From: Somniosus microcephalus
Lineage: Eukaryota
Reading direction: 5' to 3'
DNA: 64,000 nt
Assembly (NCBI GenBank): GCA_052327205.1
Contig: CM126226.1
Location: 10,974,001-11,038,000 of the forward strand
The notes beneath the pieces are model-generated. The model searched no databases. It was given only the letters and a program-made list of their open reading frames with translations, and was not told where the DNA came from. The first letter of the stretch is position 1, and each line of letters begins with the position of its first letter. Below, piece after piece: positions 59,423-64,000 of this stretch. The position numbers and the translations under genes are program-made.

Positions 59423-59801
59423 TAGGGTTACCAACCCTCCAGGATATCCCTGGATTCTCCGGGAATTAAAGTCTATAATCTCCAGGACACTACAGCGAGC
59501 AACCTGGGAGAAAAATCATAGGAGCAATAAAATATTATGGATTTTAAAAGAAAAATTAATTCTCTGAATCCTGTTGTTTTAGTTATGCAAATGTGGGACG
59601 TGGGTGGGGGGGGGGAAGGCTGTTTGAGTGACCCATCCAGAATCATCCGATTGGTTAATGAAGAGTCTACGCACTTTTCAATTGGCTCCACCGTGAGGAC
59701 GGACATGTTGGGCGACCAATGGCCGGAGTGTGGGGGTGGGGCGGTTGGAGGTCATGTGATGAAGCCTCCAGGAATATATCGGACCAGAGTTGGCAACCCG
59801 A
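59423..59801. mobile_element. Non-autonomous hAT (Tip100-like) MITE
   Basis: TIRs TAGGGTTACCAAC / GTTGGCAACCCGA; 8-bp TSD GGTCAGGC at 59415-59422 and 59802-59809. Confidence 0.88.
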
Positions 59802-60178
59802 GGTCAGGCCTATCATGCCAGGCACAGCGAGGCAATCGGGGCAGAAGCTTGGGCTTCTCGCGTACCCCCCACTGGCTAGCAAACGAGCGACAATAGCCCG
59901 TGAGCAGCCTGTGGGCTGGGAGGCTAGGGGAAGGAATTAAATGGAAAAAGAAAAGGGGAAGCACCTTTTTTGATTCCTAGCTCACAGAGTGGCGAGTTCA
60001 AAGCCTGACCTTGGTGAACAGTGAGATGACTCTGCCTTCAGTTCCTGGCACAGCCACTGGAGGGAGCTGGATTTGGAGCTTGCACGGTCTATGCTGCACA
60101 AAACACCCTTGAGCATTCTGAGAGACTCTAAATGGCAGGATGTGCACTTGAGTGTCTTAATCAGAAGTTGACTTTATT

Positions 60179-60269
60179 GAAATAAAAACAGAAAATGCTG
60201 GAAATACTCAGCAGGTCAGGCAGTATCTGTGGAGAGAGAAACAGAGTCAGCGTTTCAGGTCGATGACCC
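60179..60269 (-). mobile_element. Penelope-type terminal fragment with a partial hammerhead (stem II + GAAAC)
   Basis: Minus strand GGGTC-ATC-GACCT-GAAACGCT...CCACAGATACTGCCTGACCTGCTGAGTATTTCCAGC; similar to 53400-53482. Confidence 0.7.
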
Positions 60270-61275
60270 AATCTTGCTTCTGACTTTTTTTTGAGTTGGC
60301 TAATGATGTAGTACGGACATAAGACCAAACATTGATCAGTGCTCCCAGTCATATCTCAGATGGGGCACCAGTAATGGTTCTACAAATGGGCTTCGCCTGT
60401 CTGGGCTAAGGAAGAGGAATTGGGGCAGGGTTCCCCTCCTGATCGCCATACAGCGAACCGTGTTGGGAGTGGACGTCATGTGACATCGACAGTGATGTGG
60501 TCTTGAACCCATGACCTATTGACTATTCAGGCAACACTGCTTTTATTTGATTGACTGTTAAATTGCGGGCAAATGCCCCTGTCCATCCGTGCACTGATCC
60601 CAATCAACACTCAGCAGCAGTGACTCCTTATATTATACCATTGGGGCACGCAGTCACTATTCCTGACACAAAGATCACTTCGAGGTAAGCAGGGGCAGCT
60701 CAACTAAGACTTAACCAATCCAATGCGGGCTGGGGAGTACAGTGGATTCGGCACTGTCTAGTCGTGTGTGCAAAGCCACCCACGCTGATGATGTCTGTGA
60801 GCCATAAGGGTCCATTGTGAATTGAGTTTGGACAAACTCAGTCTGTCCCTCTATAGTTGGTGTGAAGGAATGGGGGAGGTGTCACTCTGGTGCAGGAGGG
60901 GGTGCTCTTGAGGTTTGGGCAGAGCAGAGGGAGCTCTCCTCTGCATCTGACCACACCCAGCTAACCTTTGCTCCCAGCGCTTGATGCTATGCTGGGTCCC
61001 CGAAACAGGAAACGTCCCACTCCCCCAGCGCTAACCTCCAAAAATGTAGAATTAAGTTGTAGCTCTTAAAAAAGAAAAATGTGCTTTTGTCGCAATTCAC
61101 CAGCTGGTGGATTATTTGATAAAATGGAGGTTGAAAAAAACTGAGGTCATATCTGTCTGTGATTGTTCCTTTTAAACAAAGAACTGAGGGCCAAAGAGGA
61201 TTTCCATGATGTCGGGGAATTACGAGGAGTTTGAGGTATCGGTGCTGCAGGTTTACAGCGAAATAACTTGCTGTT

Positions 61276-61488
61276 TGTAATGTATGTACCTTTAAGGGGG
61301 AGAACTACTTTTTACAGCTCCTGTATCCTGTAGTACCGGCAGTGACCACACCTGTATATAAACCCTGAGTAGAGATCTGTACAGCTGGTTCTAGTGTAAC
61401 CCTCATTCAGTAAACAACTGTTGAATCGTTCCCTGCAGTCTTTGTCTGATTATTGAAGGACACCACTTTACGATACACGGATATAACA
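61276..61488 (+). mobile_element. Solo LTR (213 bp) of a Mag-like Gypsy related to element 1
   Basis: TG...CA; TSD CTGTT at 61271-61275 and 61489-61493. The first ~85 bp closely match the element 1 LTR; TATATAAA and AGTAAA present. Confidence 0.92.
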
Positions 61489-62279
61489 CTGTTAATTGGG
61501 AAATCCTGGGAACATTTAATCAGATTGTGGCTGATCTGTCCCTCCACTCCATTAATCCACCTTTGCTCCGTATCCCTTCATATCCTTACCTTAATATTCC
61601 TGTTGACATGCATATAATATTTGAATTTTGATGGCCCACAGTGTACTAAGCTGCGTTGCCGAGGTCCCTGTATAGAGTTACACGGTGTCACAGCAAATTA
61701 AAGGCTCCTTCGGCAGGAAGATATCAGGAAGACACCAACTTGTTAACCAACAAAAGACTTCAAGGAAGATTTGTCTGTGGAGGGATCTTGGTCAGAGCCG
61801 GGAGTCCTTAAAGGGGTTATAATTTTTTTTGTAAAAACAACCCGCTCTGTTGTTGATCATTTCACGGTCTGGTGAAAGCCACTCGCACGCATTTACTGAC
61901 CCTAAACTCCCAGTGGAGGGCCGTTGAACGATTGCTGAAAGTCAGCGGTTCGAACAGGCCTCCTCCCGCCTGTATAAATCTCACTTCCGGCTGCACCAAG
62001 CCGGCTGATTCTAGTGCTTTCTATTCTTATTTACTGTAAGCCTCAGACTCTCACCTTGAAGAGCTTCCCCACCCTAGCTCTTGCCCACTGCGATGGCCTA
62101 GTTAGCAGATGTATTGCCAGTGTCTGCCTGTCCATGTTTGCTGCTTTTAAACATCCGACCTTTTCTTTCAAAAGGAGACACACTGGAGTAGATTCCAGGC
62201 TTCCCATCGGCAACAGCTAGATTGTGCATTATTAGTGCCCTCCCACCTCGGCGCAGTGAGGGGCCGGTAGGATACACCC

Positions 62280-62655
62280 GAGGGGTGATCTGAACAAGGT
62301 GTTCAAAATATTCCAAGGATGCGATAGGGTAGATACAGAGAAACGATTTCCTCCTGGTGGGGGAATCAATTACGAGGGGGCATAATCTTAAAGTTAGAGC
62401 TTGGCCTTTCAGGAGGGGAACCAGGAAGCACCTTTTCCACATAAAGGGTGGTAGAAATTTGGATCTCTCTCTTCCCCAAAAGTCTGCGAATGCTGGGACA
62501 ATTGGAGCTTTCAAGACGAAGATCGATAGATTTTTGTTAGGTGAGGGTATCCAGGGATGTGCAGCAAAGGCGGGTAAATGGCATTGAGGAACAGATCAGC
62601 CAGGATTGAATGGCAGAGCAGGCCTGAGTGGCTGAATGGCCTACTGCTGTCCTTC
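62280..62655 (+). mobile_element. CR1 3'-end fragment
   Basis: GESITRGHNLKVR...FKTKIDRFLLGEGIQG plus CR1 tail. Confidence 0.82.
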
Positions 62656-62915
62656 TGGTGACTCGAGGCTGATGACTGATGATTGGAAGCGATTACAATC
62701 ACTGTACTTTTAATCAGCCAGTGAGAGGGGCATCAAGAGGCAGCAGTCCCTATTCATACACAACTTGAACGATGATGCCTCAAACTGATCTTCTTAAACA
62801 ATGCTGGAAAGTGAGGAACACTGGTCTTGCCAACTTGAATCGTTCTTCCCCTAGAGCCAACCTGAAGAATGGGAAATTCAGAGACTGGCTCCATTAGTTT
62901 GGGGAATATCAAATA

Positions 62916-63182
62916 CAGGAATCCCGCCCCAACCGCGGTTTTGCCATACGCGGATTTCAAGTATACACGGTTTCCTCTCTGCGACAACGTTTGCCAAGCG
63001 CGGCAGTGAATTTTGCGTATATGCGGTTTTTAATTTAGGATGAGGTAAATAACATGATTTTATTGCTTTTATATTTTTTTTTATTGTGTTATTTGAACAT
63101 TTATACTGTATTTGCCAAGCACAGTTTTAATAACCACGGGGGTTTTCAGGGACGTATCCCCATGGATGGGGAGGGATTACTG
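62916..63182. mobile_element. Tc1/mariner-superfamily (pogo/Tigger-like) MITE
   Basis: TA|CAGGAATCCCGCCCCA ... TGGGGAGGGATTACTG|TA: imperfect TIRs with TA duplication. Confidence 0.78.
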
Positions 63183-64000
63183 TATACCAAAATGCTACAA
63201 ATTCATCAGTTTATATTCCAGTCATCCCTTTTGTCTCGCAGTGTAGTTCAGAGTGAAGACCAGGCTTAAGGAGCGGTAAATCGAAATGGGGGAGGGGACG
63301 GTGGAGGTCCCTCTTTATTCTGACTGCAGGGGAGCTGAGCTTCCAGGTGGCCAGTTTTGGGAAGGCCTTGGTCCTCTCCGTTCAGGCTCGTGCAGACCGC
63401 TCGGGGATGGAGGGGCGGTTGGGGGGTTACGACAGTCCGACAGCTTCGTGGCCACTTTTACTGATGCAAGCTTCTTCTCTCCAGATTTGTTTTTTTTTTA
63501 ATGGAATTCAAAATTCTCTGGACTGTTAGTCCAGTAACATAGCCTGTGGTGGTGACCGACCTCATGGCTCTTCCCTCCTTCCTGTGCAACATGTGGCTCC
63601 AGTGAGCTGAAGGCCACGGTAATCGTGCTGCATTACTCTGACTCTTTGCAGCCTGTACATCCACCCTTCCAGCTAAAGGAAGGCAGAAAGTTGGGAGGAT
63701 CTACAAAATCGGGTGGGAGGGAAGAAGGAAAGATGGGTCATTAAGGGAACATTGGATTAGAGCCAGAACTGTGGGTACAGCTCAGAGCACGCTCACTGTG
63801 GTCTGCCTTGAGATTCAGGATGCATACTTAAGATCTCCCCACAAAGCTGTAACTTATCCAGTATAGTGACAGAATGATTTCCTGCGTTGCTGATGTCGAT
63901 GTTCCCTCAAAGCCTCCATTGTGCCAAACACTGCAACTTGCTAAATTTTCCAAATTTCATTAGTGCCGGCCCTGCCCACCCTCCATTGAGGCCGTCGTGC

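Overview
This is eukaryotic, repeat-dominated DNA, most likely intronic or intergenic sequence from a cartilaginous fish. That assignment is an inference from HE1-type V-SINE, DeuSINE, CR1/HER1-like LINE and Penelope-type repeats. No intact host gene is recognisable; the only candidate is one 24-nt microexon at 44177-44200. Contents: four long CR1 LINEs (ORF1 zinc finger/leucine zipper/SGNH esterase; ORF2 APE+RT) plus many fragments; two copies of a second APE-RT LINE family; four full-length Ty3/Gypsy LTR retrotransposons, each with a 5-bp TSD and each nested in a LINE; two solo LTRs; a Penelope-like insertion with hammerhead-ribozyme motifs; tRNA-derived SINEs; two MITEs; and two minisatellites. 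The most unusual object is the Gypsy element at 48031-52405. It has no tRNA primer-binding site; the PBS position is instead a perfect 13-nt complement of its own LTR poly(A)-signal region, which suggests self-priming and/or poly(A) occlusion. Its PPT also lies in a hairpin and its RT has YLDN rather than YxDD. All coordinates and counts were read by eye.
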